The translations under genes and the position numbers were made by a program. Of a DNA stretch of 40,325 bases, positions 11,030-19,442 are shown one piece after another. The stretch spans positions 1 to 40,325 of the forward strand of contig JBLMYC010000163.1 of the NCBI GenBank assembly GCA_050258075.1, given 5' to 3'. This DNA is from Acidobacteriota bacterium. Lineage in GTDB: Bacteria; Acidobacteriota; Thermoanaerobaculia; Multivoradales; JAGPDF01. Positions within the stretch are counted from its first letter, which is position 1; the number at the start of each line of letters is the position of its first letter. The notes beneath the pieces are model-generated. The model did not search any database. It had not been told where the DNA came from and was given only the letters and a program-made list of their open reading frames with translations.

Positions 11030-12475
11030 CTAGGCCGGAGCCGCGAGCTTGCGCTTGAGCGCCCCCTGCACCGCCGCCGGCTGCGCCCGCCCACCCGAGC
11101 GCTTCATCACCTGTCCGACCAGGAAGCCGAGCAGCTGCGCCTTGCCGGCCCGGTACTGCTCGACCTGACCGGAGAACTCGGCGATCACCTCGTCGGCCCA
11201 GGCCTCGATCTGGCCGCTGTCGCTGACCTGCCGCAGGCCCAGGCGCGCGACCGCCGCGTCGGGCTCTTCGCCGCTCGCCCAGATCGCCGCCAGCACCTCC
11301 TTGGCGGCGCTGTTCGAGATCTCGCCGCGATCGACCAGGGCGACGAGCCGCGCCAGGCGCTCGGGCTGGAGCGCCGCGTCAAGCCCGGTGCGGCGCTCGT
11401 TGAGCTCGCGCCGCACCTCGTTCGCCACCCAGTTCGCCACGCCCTTGGGATTGGAGCGATGGGCGGCGGCGGCGGCCTCGAAGTAATCCGCGAGAGCGCG
11501 GTCGCTGGTCAGCTCGCGGGCGTCGATCTCCGACAGCCCGTACTCCCCGACCAGGCGGACACGGCGGGCCCAGGGCAGCTCCGGCAAGCTCTCGCGCAGC
11601 CGCTCGAGGCGCTCCGCCGACAGCACCAGCGGCCGCAGATCAGGCTCGGGGAAATAGCGGTAGTCGTGCGCCTCCTCCTTGCTGCGCAAGGTGCGGGTCA
11701 CGCCTTCGCCGGCGTCGAAGCTGCGGGTGTCCTGGGCGACGCGCTGGCCTGCCTCGAGCAGCGCGCGCTGGCGTTCGAACTCGTACTCCAGCGCGCGCCC
11801 GACGTTGCGGAAGGAGTTGAGGTTCTTCACCTCCGCCTTGGTGCCGAAGCGCGCCTCGCCGGTCCGGCGCAGCGAGATGTTGGCGTCGCAGCGCAGGCTG
11901 CCCTCTTCCATGTTGCCGTCGCTCGTGCCGGTATACAGCAGCACGCGATGCAAGGTCTGCAGGTAGTCGACCGCCTCCTCGGCGCTGCGCAGGTCGGGCT
12001 CGGACACGATCTCGACCAGAGGAACCCCGCAGCGGTTGAAATCGACCAGGCTCTGGCCCGGCAACGCGACTCCGCCCGGGGCCTCGTGCAGCAGCTTGCC
12101 GGCGTCCTCCTCGAGGTGCAGGCGATGGATCCGCACCCGCTTCTCGCTCAGGGTCAGCGGCAGGCTGCCGCCCTCGGCGAGCGGCTTGTCGTACTGGCTG
12201 ATCTGGTAGCCCTTGGGCAGGTCGGGATAGAAGTAATTCTTGCGCGCGAAGACCGACGTCTCGCGCACCGCGCAGCCGAGCGCCAGGGCGAGCGTGACCG
12301 CCAGGTCGACGGCCTCGCGATTCGGCACCGGAAGAGTGCCGGGATAGCCCAGACAAACCGGGCACACCAGGGTGTTGGGCTCGGCCCCGAAGCGGTTCGG
12401 GCAGCGACAGAACATCTTCGTCGCCGTCTTGAGCTGGACGTGCACCTCGAGCCCGACCACCACCTCCCACGACAT
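11030..12475 (-). CDS. gatB: Asp-tRNA(Asn)/Glu-tRNA(Gln) amidotransferase subunit B
   Basis: MSWEVVVGLEVHVQLKTATKMFCRCPNRFGAEPNTLVCPVCLGYPGTLPV ... with a C-terminal GatB/YqeY domain. The start ATG at 12475 lies inside ORF 11030..12505. Confidence 0.95.
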   Translation of the reverse strand: MSWEVVVGLEVHVQLKTATKMFCRCPNRFGAEPNTLVCPVCLGYPGTLPVPNREAVDLAVTLALALGCAVRETSVFARKNYFYPDLPKGYQISQYDKPLAEGGSLPLTLSEKRVRIHRLHLEEDAGKLLHEAPGGVALPGQSLVDFNRCGVPLVEIVSEPDLRSAEEAVDYLQTLHRVLLYTGTSDGNMEEGSLRCDANISLRRTGEARFGTKAEVKNLNSFRNVGRALEYEFERQRALLEAGQRVAQDTRSFDAGEGVTRTLRSKEEAHDYRYFPEPDLRPLVLSAERLERLRESLPELPWARRVRLVGEYGLSEIDARELTSDRALADYFEAAAAAHRSNPKGVANWVANEVRRELNERRTGLDAALQPERLARLVALVDRGEISNSAAKEVLAAIWASGEEPDAAVARLGLRQVSDSGQIEAWADEVIAEFSGQVEQYRAGKAQLLGFLVGQVMKRSGGRAQPAAVQGALKRKLAAPA

Positions 12476-12512
12476 GCGCGGGAGTCTATCGCAGCGCAGC
12501 GGCACGCCCGGC

Positions 12513-12518
12513 TACAAT
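12513..12518 (+). promoter_or_regulatory. -10-like TACAAT (GCTACAAT), 6 nt upstream of the pgeF ATG; candidate leaderless promoter
   Basis: Read directly: GGCTACAATGCCGCCATG. Confidence 0.4.
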
Positions 12519-12524
12519 GCCGCC

Positions 12525-13253
12525 ATGCCTTCACCGCGGCCGACCCGGATCGAGGCGATGAGCGCCGCACCCGAGCTGCGCCACGGCTTCGCGGTCTGGG
12601 CGCTCCACTCGCACAGGGTGCGCACCGCTTTCGTCGGCCGCGGACCGAGCGCCGATCGCAGCGTCGCCCTCGCCGCCGCCAGCCCCGACGGCGAGCTCCC
12701 GCGTCTCGCCTGGCCCCGTCAGGTTCACTCGGCGCACGTGCTGATCGCGCGGCCCGGCGAGTGCGGCGAAGGAGATGCGCTGGTCACCTCCGAGACCGGC
12801 CTGGCGGTCGCCGTCGCCACCGCCGACTGCGTGCCGATCCTGATCGCCGGAGAGCACCGGCTGGCCGCCGTCCACGCCGGCTGGCGTGGCCTCGCCGACG
12901 AGGTGCTGGCCGCCGCAGTCGCGGCGCTCGGCGAACCCGCCACGAGCCTCCACGCCGTCATCGGACCGGCGATCGGTCCCTGCTGCTACGAGGTAGGCGA
13001 GGACGTAGCAGCGAGGGTCGCGGCGGTGAGCGACGCCGCGATCATCGTGCCGGGCCGCGGTGCCCGACCGCACCTCGACCTCCAGGCGGCGGCGGGGCGA
13101 CAGCTCTGCCGGCTCGGCGTCGAGGTCGACTCGATCGCGCGCTGCACGCGCTGCCATCCGCGGGAGCTGTGGAGCTACCGGCGCGACGGCGCCGCCGCCG
13201 GGCGCAATCTGGCTTTCCTGTGGCGGACCGTCGAAAGCGACGTCAGAAGCTGA
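12525..13253 (+). CDS. pgeF: Peptidoglycan editing factor PgeF / YfiH-family (DUF152, laccase-domain) protein
   Basis: Start at ATG 12525 within ORF 12372..13253. Motifs: QVHSAHV, ALVTSETGLAVAVATADCVPIL, AAVHAGWRG, IGPAIGPCCYEVG, CTRCHPRELWSYRRDG. Confidence 0.88.
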   Translation: MPSPRPTRIEAMSAAPELRHGFAVWALHSHRVRTAFVGRGPSADRSVALAAASPDGELPRLAWPRQVHSAHVLIARPGECGEGDALVTSETGLAVAVATADCVPILIAGEHRLAAVHAGWRGLADEVLAAAVAALGEPATSLHAVIGPAIGPCCYEVGEDVAARVAAVSDAAIIVPGRGARPHLDLQAAAGRQLCRLGVEVDSIARCTRCHPRELWSYRRDGAAAGRNLAFLWRTVESDVRS

Positions 13254-14346
13254 GGTTGCTGCGCCGGAAGCCACGCGGCGCGCGAGCGAAGGCGCGCAGC
13301 TGTCCACACGCGGCAGCGACGTCGTCGCCGCGGCGACGGCGCACCGTGGCGACGTAGCCGGCGGTCTCGAGCGAGCTGCGGAACGCCTCGATCGCGAGCT
13401 CCTCCGGCGGCGCGATGCGGTCTCCGAGCACCGGGTCGGGATTGGCCGGGATGAGATTCACCTTTGCGGGCAGCCCGCGCAACAGGCGAGCCACGGCCCG
13501 CGCATCGGCCGGAGCGTCGTTGAAGCCGCGGATCAGGATGTACTCGAAAGTGATCCGGCGGCCGCGTTCGAGCGGATAGCGGCGCAGAGTCGCCAGCAGA
13601 TCGGCGAGCGGGTACGTGCGATTGATCGGCATCAACTCGCTGCGCCGCTCGTCGTCCGGCGCGTGCAGCGAGACGGCGAGATTGGGGCGGCGCAGCCAGA
13701 GCGCCAGCGCCTCGATCCCCGGAATCACCCCCGCCGTCGATACCGTCGTGCGGCGCGGTGAGACGATGCCCTGCAGGATCGTCAGGGCGTCGCCCAGCGC
13801 CTCGAGGTTGAGCAGCGGCTCACCCATGCCCATGAAGACCAGGTTCAGGGCCGGCCCGGTTGGCGGCTCGCCGAAACGGACCGCGTCAACCTGCGCCAGG
13901 ATCTCCCCGGCGGTCAGGTTGCGGCCGGCTCCCCAGTAGCCGGTGACGCAGAAGGCGCAGGCCAGGGCGCAGCCGGCCTGCGAGGACAGGCACAGAGTGT
14001 GGCGCCCGCGGTCGGGGATATCGACCGTCTCGACGCTCGCCCCGTCGGCGAGGCGGAACAGGAACTTGCGCGTCCCGTCCGCCGAATCGCTGCGCGACTC
14101 GAGCACCAGGCGCTCCACGCGGTAGCTCGCCGCCAACCGCTGGCGCAGATCCTTGCCCAGCTCGGTGACCGCGGAAAGATCGGTGACACCTCGATCGTGG
14201 AGCGCGGCGAAGATCTGGCGAACGCGAAACGGCCGATCGACGACCGGGCCGAGCGCCGCGGCGAGGCGGTCGAGCGGCAACCCAAGCAGGTCGAGCTGGC
14301 GGGTCGGAACCGTATCCGCTGATTGCATGGTCTTCGAGCTTCGCAA
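13243..14346 (-). CDS. rlmN: 23S rRNA/tRNA m2A methyltransferase RlmN (radical SAM)
   Basis: Radical-SAM cluster motif CLSSQAGCALACAFCVTG, plus GMGEPLLN and the C-terminal AACGQL. The start may be ATG 14346 or ATG 14328. The 3' end overlaps pgeF by 11 nt (convergent). Confidence 0.92.
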   Translation of the reverse strand: MRSSKTMQSADTVPTRQLDLLGLPLDRLAAALGPVVDRPFRVRQIFAALHDRGVTDLSAVTELGKDLRQRLAASYRVERLVLESRSDSADGTRKFLFRLADGASVETVDIPDRGRHTLCLSSQAGCALACAFCVTGYWGAGRNLTAGEILAQVDAVRFGEPPTGPALNLVFMGMGEPLLNLEALGDALTILQGIVSPRRTTVSTAGVIPGIEALALWLRRPNLAVSLHAPDDERRSELMPINRTYPLADLLATLRRYPLERGRRITFEYILIRGFNDAPADARAVARLLRGLPAKVNLIPANPDPVLGDRIAPPEELAIEAFRSSLETAGYVATVRRRRGDDVAAACGQLRAFARAPRGFRRSNLSF

Positions 14347-14366
14347 CGCGACGGGGCGAGGCGGAC

Positions 14367-14678
14367 TCAGCCCGAGCGCCGCCGAACGCGCCGGGTCGGA
14401 TCGATGCCGATCGAGCGCAGGAAGACGAGATCGTCGCCGTGAATGCGGAACGCCGGCGATCCCACCTTGATCGCGCGCCGGGTCGGCTCCGGTGTCGCCG
14501 CGCCGCGGCTGCCGTCGAGCACCAGATACAGGCTGTAGCCCTCTTCGCGCAGCAGACGCAGCTGCTCTCCGGCATCGGGCCGCGCCGCCACCGCCTCGGC
14601 GATGGCCTCGCTGATCTCGCGCAGCACCTGCCGCAGGCGCTCCTCGCTCAGGGTCCGATCTGGTTCGTTGCCGCTCAA
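14367..14678 (-). CDS. Hypothetical 103 aa protein
   Basis: The ORF has protein-like composition: SGNEPDRTLSEERLRQVLREISEAIAEAVAARPDAGEQLRLLREEGYSLYLVLDG... It has a TTG start, and I recognise no family. It is co-oriented with rlmN and directly upstream of it. Confidence 0.4.
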   Translation of the reverse strand: MSGNEPDRTLSEERLRQVLREISEAIAEAVAARPDAGEQLRLLREEGYSLYLVLDGSRGAATPEPTRRAIKVGSPAFRIHGDDLVFLRSIGIDPTRRVRRRSG

Positions 14679-14756
14679 GGCGCGGTCAAACTAGCGCGCC
14701 GCGGCGGGGGTGTCAACGCGGCGTCGCCGATCCGCCGTGCTAGCGTTCGGCCCCTG

Positions 14757-15722
14757 GTGTCCGGATCCCCCGAGCCCCTCGACCTCGATCGCCTGGCGAC
14801 CTGGCTCGCCGCACACGATCGCGCCGCGCAACGCATCGAGCTGCTGCGCGGCGACGTGTCGCCGCGCCGCTACCTTCGCGTCCATGGCGACGGCTGGACG
14901 GCGATCGTCGCCTTCTACCCGCCGGAGGTGCGCGACGCCTGCGTCCGCTTCCGGGCCTCGACTGCGCTCCTCGCCGCGCGCGGCATCCGGGTGCCGCGAC
15001 TGCTGGCGAGCGACTGCGACGCCGGCTGGATGCTGATCGAGGACGTTGGCCTGCGCACCCTCTACGAGCACCCGGCGATGGCCTGGCCGGAACGCGAGCG
15101 CTGGCTCGCCGCCGCGCTCGAAGTGCCGGACCGGCTGCGCGGTCTCGACCGTGAGACGGTCGCGGCGCTGAACCCGCCACTCGATGCGGCGCTGCTGCGG
15201 CGCGAGCTCGAGCAGACGACCGAGCTCGTGCTGCGGCCACGCGGCCTGGGCCCCGACGATCCTCTGGGGCGCCAGGTCCAGACGTTCTTCGATCGGACGA
15301 CGGCAGAGCTCGGACGCGGGCCGCTGGTGCCCGCGCACCGCGACCTCATGGTGCGCAACCTGGTGCCGATCCCCTCCGGCGAGTTGGCGGTGCTGGACCA
15401 CCAGGATCTGCGCCTGGCTCCTCCCGCCTATGACGTCGCCTCGCTGCTCAACGACAGCTGGTTCCTGCCGCCGGAGATGGAGGAGCGGCTTCTGCTGCGC
15501 TGTGCCGGGCTCGGATTCGGACGCCGGGACTACCGGCTGGCTGCCGTCCAGCGCACGCTCAAGGCAGCCGGAACATACGCCGCCTTCGCCCGGCGCGGCG
15601 CTGACCGCCACCTGCCGCTGCTGCGACCGACGCTCGAGCGCGGGCTCGCCCACTGGCGCGAGCTGGAGTCGGAGAGCGCACTGGCCGAAAGGGTGGCCGA
15701 GCGCTTGCTCGAAAACTGCTAG
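14757..15722 (+). CDS. Phosphotransferase-family (APH/choline-kinase-like) small-molecule kinase
   Basis: In the frame of ORF 14439..15722. Motifs: LRGDVSPRRYLRV, WMLIEDVG, Brenner motif HRDLMVRNLV, LAVLDHQDL. The start is uncertain; GTG 14757 is the first plausible start clear of the divergent 103 aa ORF. Confidence 0.7.
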   Translation: MSGSPEPLDLDRLATWLAAHDRAAQRIELLRGDVSPRRYLRVHGDGWTAIVAFYPPEVRDACVRFRASTALLAARGIRVPRLLASDCDAGWMLIEDVGLRTLYEHPAMAWPERERWLAAALEVPDRLRGLDRETVAALNPPLDAALLRRELEQTTELVLRPRGLGPDDPLGRQVQTFFDRTTAELGRGPLVPAHRDLMVRNLVPIPSGELAVLDHQDLRLAPPAYDVASLLNDSWFLPPEMEERLLLRCAGLGFGRRDYRLAAVQRTLKAAGTYAAFARRGADRHLPLLRPTLERGLAHWRELESESALAERVAERLLENC

Positions 15723-15776
15723 ACTGCAAGCGCAGCGGGCGCCGTGTCCCCAGGCGCGTCCCCGCAGGAGGCAAAG

Positions 15777-15965
15777 ATGTTCAACCTTGGTTTCCCGGAG
15801 CTGGTCTTCCTGCTGGTGATCATCCTCGTGCTGTTCGGCGGCTCCCGCCTCCCGGCACTAGGGAAGGGGCTCGGCGAAGGTATCAAGAATTTCCGCCAAG
15901 GCCTGCGCAGCGGCGACGACGAAGGCCCCGCCGCGCCGTCCGGACCGCAGAACAAGCAGAGCTAG
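15777..15965 (+). CDS. tatA: Twin-arginine translocase subunit TatA/E
   Basis: [43 protein letters not shown]. The ATG at 15777 is preceded by GCAGGAGG. Confidence 0.92.
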   Translation: MFNLGFPELVFLLVIILVLFGGSRLPALGKGLGEGIKNFRQGLRSGDDEGPAAPSGPQNKQS

Positions 15966-16669
15966 CGCGCCGCCAGGATCTCGCTGGGCTTCGGCCCCGC
16001 CGCCTGGACATGGCTGCCGTATCGCGCCAGCACGCGCCGGACGAAGGCGCGCGTCTCGCGGTAAGGGGGCACTGCGCCGTAGCGCTCCACCACGGCAGGA
16101 CCGGCGTTGTAGGCCGCCAGGGCCAGCTCCACGTTGCCACTGAACTGCTGGAGCAGAGAGCTGAAGTACCGCGCTCCGGCGTCGAGGTTGGCGGCGGGGT
16201 CGAAGGGGTCCTTCACGCCGTAGTCGGCGAGCGTCTCGGGCATCATCTGCATCAGCCCCTTGGCGCCGGCCGGCGACACGACGCGAGCGTTGAAACCCGA
16301 TTCAGCCTCGACCAGCGCGGCCAGCAGCGCGCTGTCGAGCCGGTAGCGTTCGGCGATCTGCGTGATCACCAACCCATAGCGACCGCCGAGCAGCACCTGG
16401 CGGCGGGCCGCTTCCGGAAAGAGCTGAAACCGGTCAACCCGTGGAGCCTGCGCCTCGCTCCACAGTGGCCGATACCCCGAGCGGGTATTCGGGCTGCCGC
16501 TCGCCAGCCAGCTCGAAAGAGCCCGTTCGGCCGCAACGTCCCTCGGGCTGGGGACCACAATGGGCCTTTCTGGCACCGACGGGTCGGACGCCTTTGGCAC
16601 GAGTGCCAAAGCGACCGCGGCCGCTACCGTTAACCATAGGCGAATTCCTAGAAATCGCAGTCGTCTCAT
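15962..16669 (-). CDS. Secreted lytic murein transglycosylase (SLT domain)
   Basis: Start at ATG 16669, giving the signal [30 protein letters not shown] motifs: [27 protein letters not shown]. Its stop overlaps the tatA stop within a CTAG tetramer. Confidence 0.85.
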   Translation of the reverse strand: MRRLRFLGIRLWLTVAAAVALALVPKASDPSVPERPIVVPSPRDVAAERALSSWLASGSPNTRSGYRPLWSEAQAPRVDRFQLFPEAARRQVLLGGRYGLVITQIAERYRLDSALLAALVEAESGFNARVVSPAGAKGLMQMMPETLADYGVKDPFDPAANLDAGARYFSSLLQQFSGNVELALAAYNAGPAVVERYGAVPPYRETRAFVRRVLARYGSHVQAAGPKPSEILAAR

Positions 16670-16738
16670 ACAACTCTCAAGTGGTTCCAAGGGATCCCCG
16701 AGGGACGGGGCACGAGAACTACGTAGGCACAGACCTAC

Positions 16739-16754
16739 TGCGAGCACCGTGCCA
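16739..16754 (-). promoter_or_regulatory. Sigma54-like -24/-12 element TGGCAC-GGTGC-TCGCA upstream of the transglycosylase gene
   Basis: The minus strand reads GTGGCACGGTGCTCGCAG. GG and GC are at the canonical spacing, with one mismatch to TTGCA. It lies about 70 nt upstream of ATG 16669. Confidence 0.3.
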
Positions 16755-16757
16755 CGA

Positions 16758-16778
16758 GAATCAAGAAAAACTTGATTC
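16758..16778. repeat. Perfect palindrome GAATCAAG-AAAAA-CTTGATTC
   Basis: Read directly. It sits in the AT-richer 197-bp intergenic region, immediately upstream (on the minus strand) of the sigma54-like element. Confidence 0.6.
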
Positions 16779-16866
16779 ACAAGATATGCGACTTGACCTG
16801 GGACTCTCCCCTCGCAGCCGAGCAGCGCCCGGCGGGGGCCCGTCGAGCGATCCTTCTGAGTCCTGG

Positions 16867-17124
16867 CTAGCGGCGGATGCGACGTCCGGCCTCGCGCAGC
16901 AGATACTCCTCGCTGCCGATGCCGAGATCGGAGACCTTGTTGCGCAGCGTGTTGCGGTGTACACCGAGGGACCGCGCGGAACGGCAGAGATTGCCCAGGT
17001 TGGAGCGCAGCGAAGCGACGATGAACTGGCGCTCGAACTCCCGTCGCGCCTGCTCCAGCGTCACTCCCCGCTCGACCAGCTCGTCCACGATCTGCAGCAA
17101 TTTGCCGTTGAGGTTCTGTTTCAT
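16867..17124 (-). CDS. Small Fis-family helix-turn-helix DNA-binding protein (85 aa)
   Basis: Start at ATG 17124 within ORF 16867..17181. MKQNLNGKLLQIVDELVERGVTLEQARREFERQFIVASLRSNLGNLCRSARSLGVHRNTLRNKVSDLGI is the HTH_8/Fis signature (GNxxxAAxxLGxxRxTLxxKl). Confidence 0.8.
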   Translation of the reverse strand: MKQNLNGKLLQIVDELVERGVTLEQARREFERQFIVASLRSNLGNLCRSARSLGVHRNTLRNKVSDLGIGSEEYLLREAGRRIRR

Positions 17125-17163
17125 CACCGGCCTTCTCCCCAGCTGTACGTTGCGAAGGAACGC

Positions 17164-17192
17164 AGCATACACGACGCCCAACGACCCCGCAA
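17164..17192 (-). promoter_or_regulatory. Sigma70-like promoter TTGCGG-N17-TATGCT upstream of the Fis-type gene
   Basis: Minus strand: TTGCGG (17192..17187), a 17 nt spacer, TATGCT (17169..17164). Confidence 0.3.
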
Positions 17193-17223
17193 TCGCGGCG
17201 CGTCTCGGTGCGCGACTTGCCGC

Positions 17224-17247
17224 GGTGCGACTTGCAATCGTCGCACC
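17224..17247. repeat. Perfect 8-bp inverted repeat GGTGCGAC-N8-GTCGCACC. It could be a hairpin downstream of the LysM gene, or it overlaps a sigma54-like TGGTGC-N5-TTGCA element on the minus strand.
   Basis: Read directly. A near-copy of the left arm (GGTGCGCGACTTGC) sits at 17207-17220. Confidence 0.5.
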
Positions 17248-17272
17248 ACGGCGGCTGAGAGGAGGCTGCTCT

Positions 17273-18523
17273 CTACTTGAGCTGCAGCCGGTCGCCGACG
17301 TAGACCGGCGCCCGTGACTGCGTGACGCGGGCGACCGCGCTGTGCGGCCGCACCGCCAGCACCGCGAGCTCGCCGATCGGCACCGGCGGGAAGCCTTCGC
17401 GGTTCATGCGGTAGATCGTGAACGAGTCGCCGGGGCTCACCTGATCGTCGGCGCCGCGGTCGATGAAGACGACGTGGTCCTGACCGATCGTGATCTCGTC
17501 GCGGCTCGAGGCCAGGATCACCGGTGCGTTGGCGAGCGCCGCCGCGGGCGCCGGATCGCTGACCGGGCGCGGCAGGGTGCGGCGACCGAGCGGCACCGGC
17601 TCTTCTTCATACAGCTTGAGCGCCGCCCCGACATTGATCGGCTCGCAGGAGTGCACGATCTCGCCGATCGCCGTCTTGTCCTGCACCGACAGCACGCGGA
17701 CGCGACCGAGATAGTGATACATCCGGCCGGCGATGGCACCGGTGACCGGATGCTTGACCAGCGCCCCCGGCTCGACGGCCACCAGCACCGTACCGGCGGT
17801 GAGCCCGCCCGCCTGTCCCCCATCGACATACACCACGTCGCCGGTGTCGAGGCCGAACTTGACACTGTCCGCCGCGCCATAGATGCCCTGCACGTTGCCG
17901 CGCGAGGCGGTGCCGCTCAGCTGCGGCGACTGCACCTGGTACTCGGAGCCCGTGAGGTGGTAGCCGAACGTCTCGACCGGGTCGCCGATGTAGCCCGAGC
18001 AGTCGATGTCACTCGTCGCACCGAGCTGCACCGGTGGGCCGGCGGCGGCCGCCGCGGTGAGCACTCCCGCCGGGCCTTCGGACGGCGACGGCTCGGCCGC
18101 CGGCTGCTCGCCCGCACCTGCACCCTGGGCTCCAGACCCCTCGGTCGTCGCCGCCCCCGGCCCTTCGCCGACCTGCTGCGCCGGGGCGACCTGGACTCCG
18201 CTCACCAGCGGGTCACCGGGGTAGATCCAGTGTGCGTCCTTGATGTACTGGTTCTTCTCCCAGAGCTGCGGCCACAGATACGGGTTGCCGTTGAACTTCT
18301 TCGCCAGGTCCCAAAGGGTGTCGCCCTTCTGGATGATGTAGATCTGGGCGTCGGCGGCCGGTGTGGGCGGCTCCCAGGCGGTCCAGTGATCGCCGACTTT
18401 GTGCAGCGGGTGGGGCGGTCGGTCGGACGCCGTCGCCATTCCGGCCGACGACGCAGCGACCACGGCGCCGGCGAGCACCAGCCGAGCGAGACCCGGGAGC
18501 AAGCGGAAAAAGCGAGGGTTCAT
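17273..18523 (-). CDS. Secreted LysM domain protein
   Basis: Start at ATG 18523 (AGGAGG upstream) within ORF 17273..18823. Signal MNPRFFRLLPGLARLVLAGAVVAASSAGMATA. LysM: YIIQKGDTLWDLAKKFNGNPYLWPQLWEKNQYIKDAHWIYPGDPL. Confidence 0.85.
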   Translation of the reverse strand: MNPRFFRLLPGLARLVLAGAVVAASSAGMATASDRPPHPLHKVGDHWTAWEPPTPAADAQIYIIQKGDTLWDLAKKFNGNPYLWPQLWEKNQYIKDAHWIYPGDPLVSGVQVAPAQQVGEGPGAATTEGSGAQGAGAGEQPAAEPSPSEGPAGVLTAAAAAGPPVQLGATSDIDCSGYIGDPVETFGYHLTGSEYQVQSPQLSGTASRGNVQGIYGAADSVKFGLDTGDVVYVDGGQAGGLTAGTVLVAVEPGALVKHPVTGAIAGRMYHYLGRVRVLSVQDKTAIGEIVHSCEPINVGAALKLYEEEPVPLGRRTLPRPVSDPAPAAALANAPVILASSRDEITIGQDHVVFIDRGADDQVSPGDSFTIYRMNREGFPPVPIGELAVLAVRPHSAVARVTQSRAPVYVGDRLQLK

Positions 18524-18575
18524 ACCGGAACCTCCTGCGCTGGACGCACTCTGGACAGAACGAACTCTCTCGGAG

Positions 18576-18603
18576 ATGGTACCGGTTTCCCTTGCGTTGT
18601 CAA
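18576..18603 (-). promoter_or_regulatory. Sigma70-like promoter TTGACA-N16-TACCAT for the LysM gene
   Basis: Minus strand: TTGACA (18603..18598), a 16 nt spacer, TACCAT (18581..18576). It lies about 50 nt upstream of ATG 18523. Confidence 0.4.
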
Positions 18604-18618
18604 GAGTTAGCCTGCAAC

Positions 18619-18639
18619 GCCTCAAGTATCGCTTGAGGC
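18619..18639 (-). terminator. Hairpin GCCTCAAG-N5-CTTGAGGC, 12 nt after the ybgF stop (no U tract)
   Basis: Perfect 8-bp inverted repeat, read directly. Confidence 0.35.
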
Positions 18640-18650
18640 TCTGGACCCGC

Positions 18651-19442
18651 CTACCGAAGGGCGGCCAGCTTCTCCCGCGCCGTCTCGGCGGCCGCGCTCT
18701 GCGGGAATCGTCGGACCACGTCCCGGTAGCTCGCGCGCGCGCCATCCAGATCCCCCAGCCCCTGCAGACACTGGCCCGCCTCGAGCAAAGCATCGGGCAC
18801 CTTGTTGCCGTCCGGGTAGGCATCCAGGACCTGGCGAAAGGCCGCCAGGGCCCCCTTCAGATCGCCGCGCGCGGAGCGGCACTCGCCGATCCAGAACACC
18901 GCGTTGTCGGAGAGATCACTCTGCGGATAGGCCTGCAGGAAGCGCTGGAAGGCCGCTTCGGCGTCGACGTAGCGACCCTGGTGGTACTGCGTGTAGGCCT
19001 CGTCGTACAGCGCCTGCGCCGCCGCGGGGACAGGTTGGTCGGGGCGCGCTCCTGGAGCTGGGGCAGGCGCTGGCGCGGCAGCCGGCGGCGCGGCGGCCGG
19101 CGGCAGGCCGGCGGGCTCGTCGAGGTCGCGGATCTCGATCGCCGGCGCCGGCGCGGCGGGCGGCACCACGGCCTCGCCCGGAGCCGGTGCGCTCGGCCGG
19201 GCGGCCGGTGCGCCCGCCGCCGGCGACTCGGCTGGGCGGCTGCTCTCGAGCGCGCCCACCTGCTGGCGCAAGCGCGCGATCTCGACCTCCGCCACGGCCG
19301 CCTTCCTCTGCAGTTCCAGGACCCGCGTCTTGAGAGCCTCGATCTCCGCTGCCGGATCGGCGGCGCCGGTCCCGGTCGAGGCACAGCCGGCCACCAGCAG
19401 TGGCAGCAACACGACGAGTGCCAACCCGCGCCGGCCGCTCAT
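18651..19442 (-). CDS. ybgF: Tol-Pal system protein YbgF/CpoB (lipoprotein form)
   Basis: Lipobox LLVAGC, N-terminal coiled coil (EIEALKTRVLELQRKAAVAEVEIARLRQQV), Pro/Ala linker, and C-terminal TPR block YDEAYTQYHQGRYVDAEAAFQRFLQAYPQSDLSDNAVFWIGEC. ATGA overlap with bamD. Confidence 0.85.
   Translation of the reverse strand: MSGRRGLALVVLLPLLVAGCASTGTGAADPAAEIEALKTRVLELQRKAAVAEVEIARLRQQVGALESSRPAESPAAGAPAARPSAPAPGEAVVPPAAPAPAIEIRDLDEPAGLPPAAAPPAAAPAPAPAPGARPDQPVPAAAQALYDEAYTQYHQGRYVDAEAAFQRFLQAYPQSDLSDNAVFWIGECRSARGDLKGALAAFRQVLDAYPDGNKVPDALLEAGQCLQGLGDLDGARASYRDVVRRFPQSAAAETAREKLAALR

Noticed and set aside
10787-13357. 856 aa plus-strand ORF across ftsE, gatB and pgeF
   Set aside because: It is a shadow frame. 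It crosses three well-supported genes on both strands and is Arg/Pro/Gly-rich without domains.
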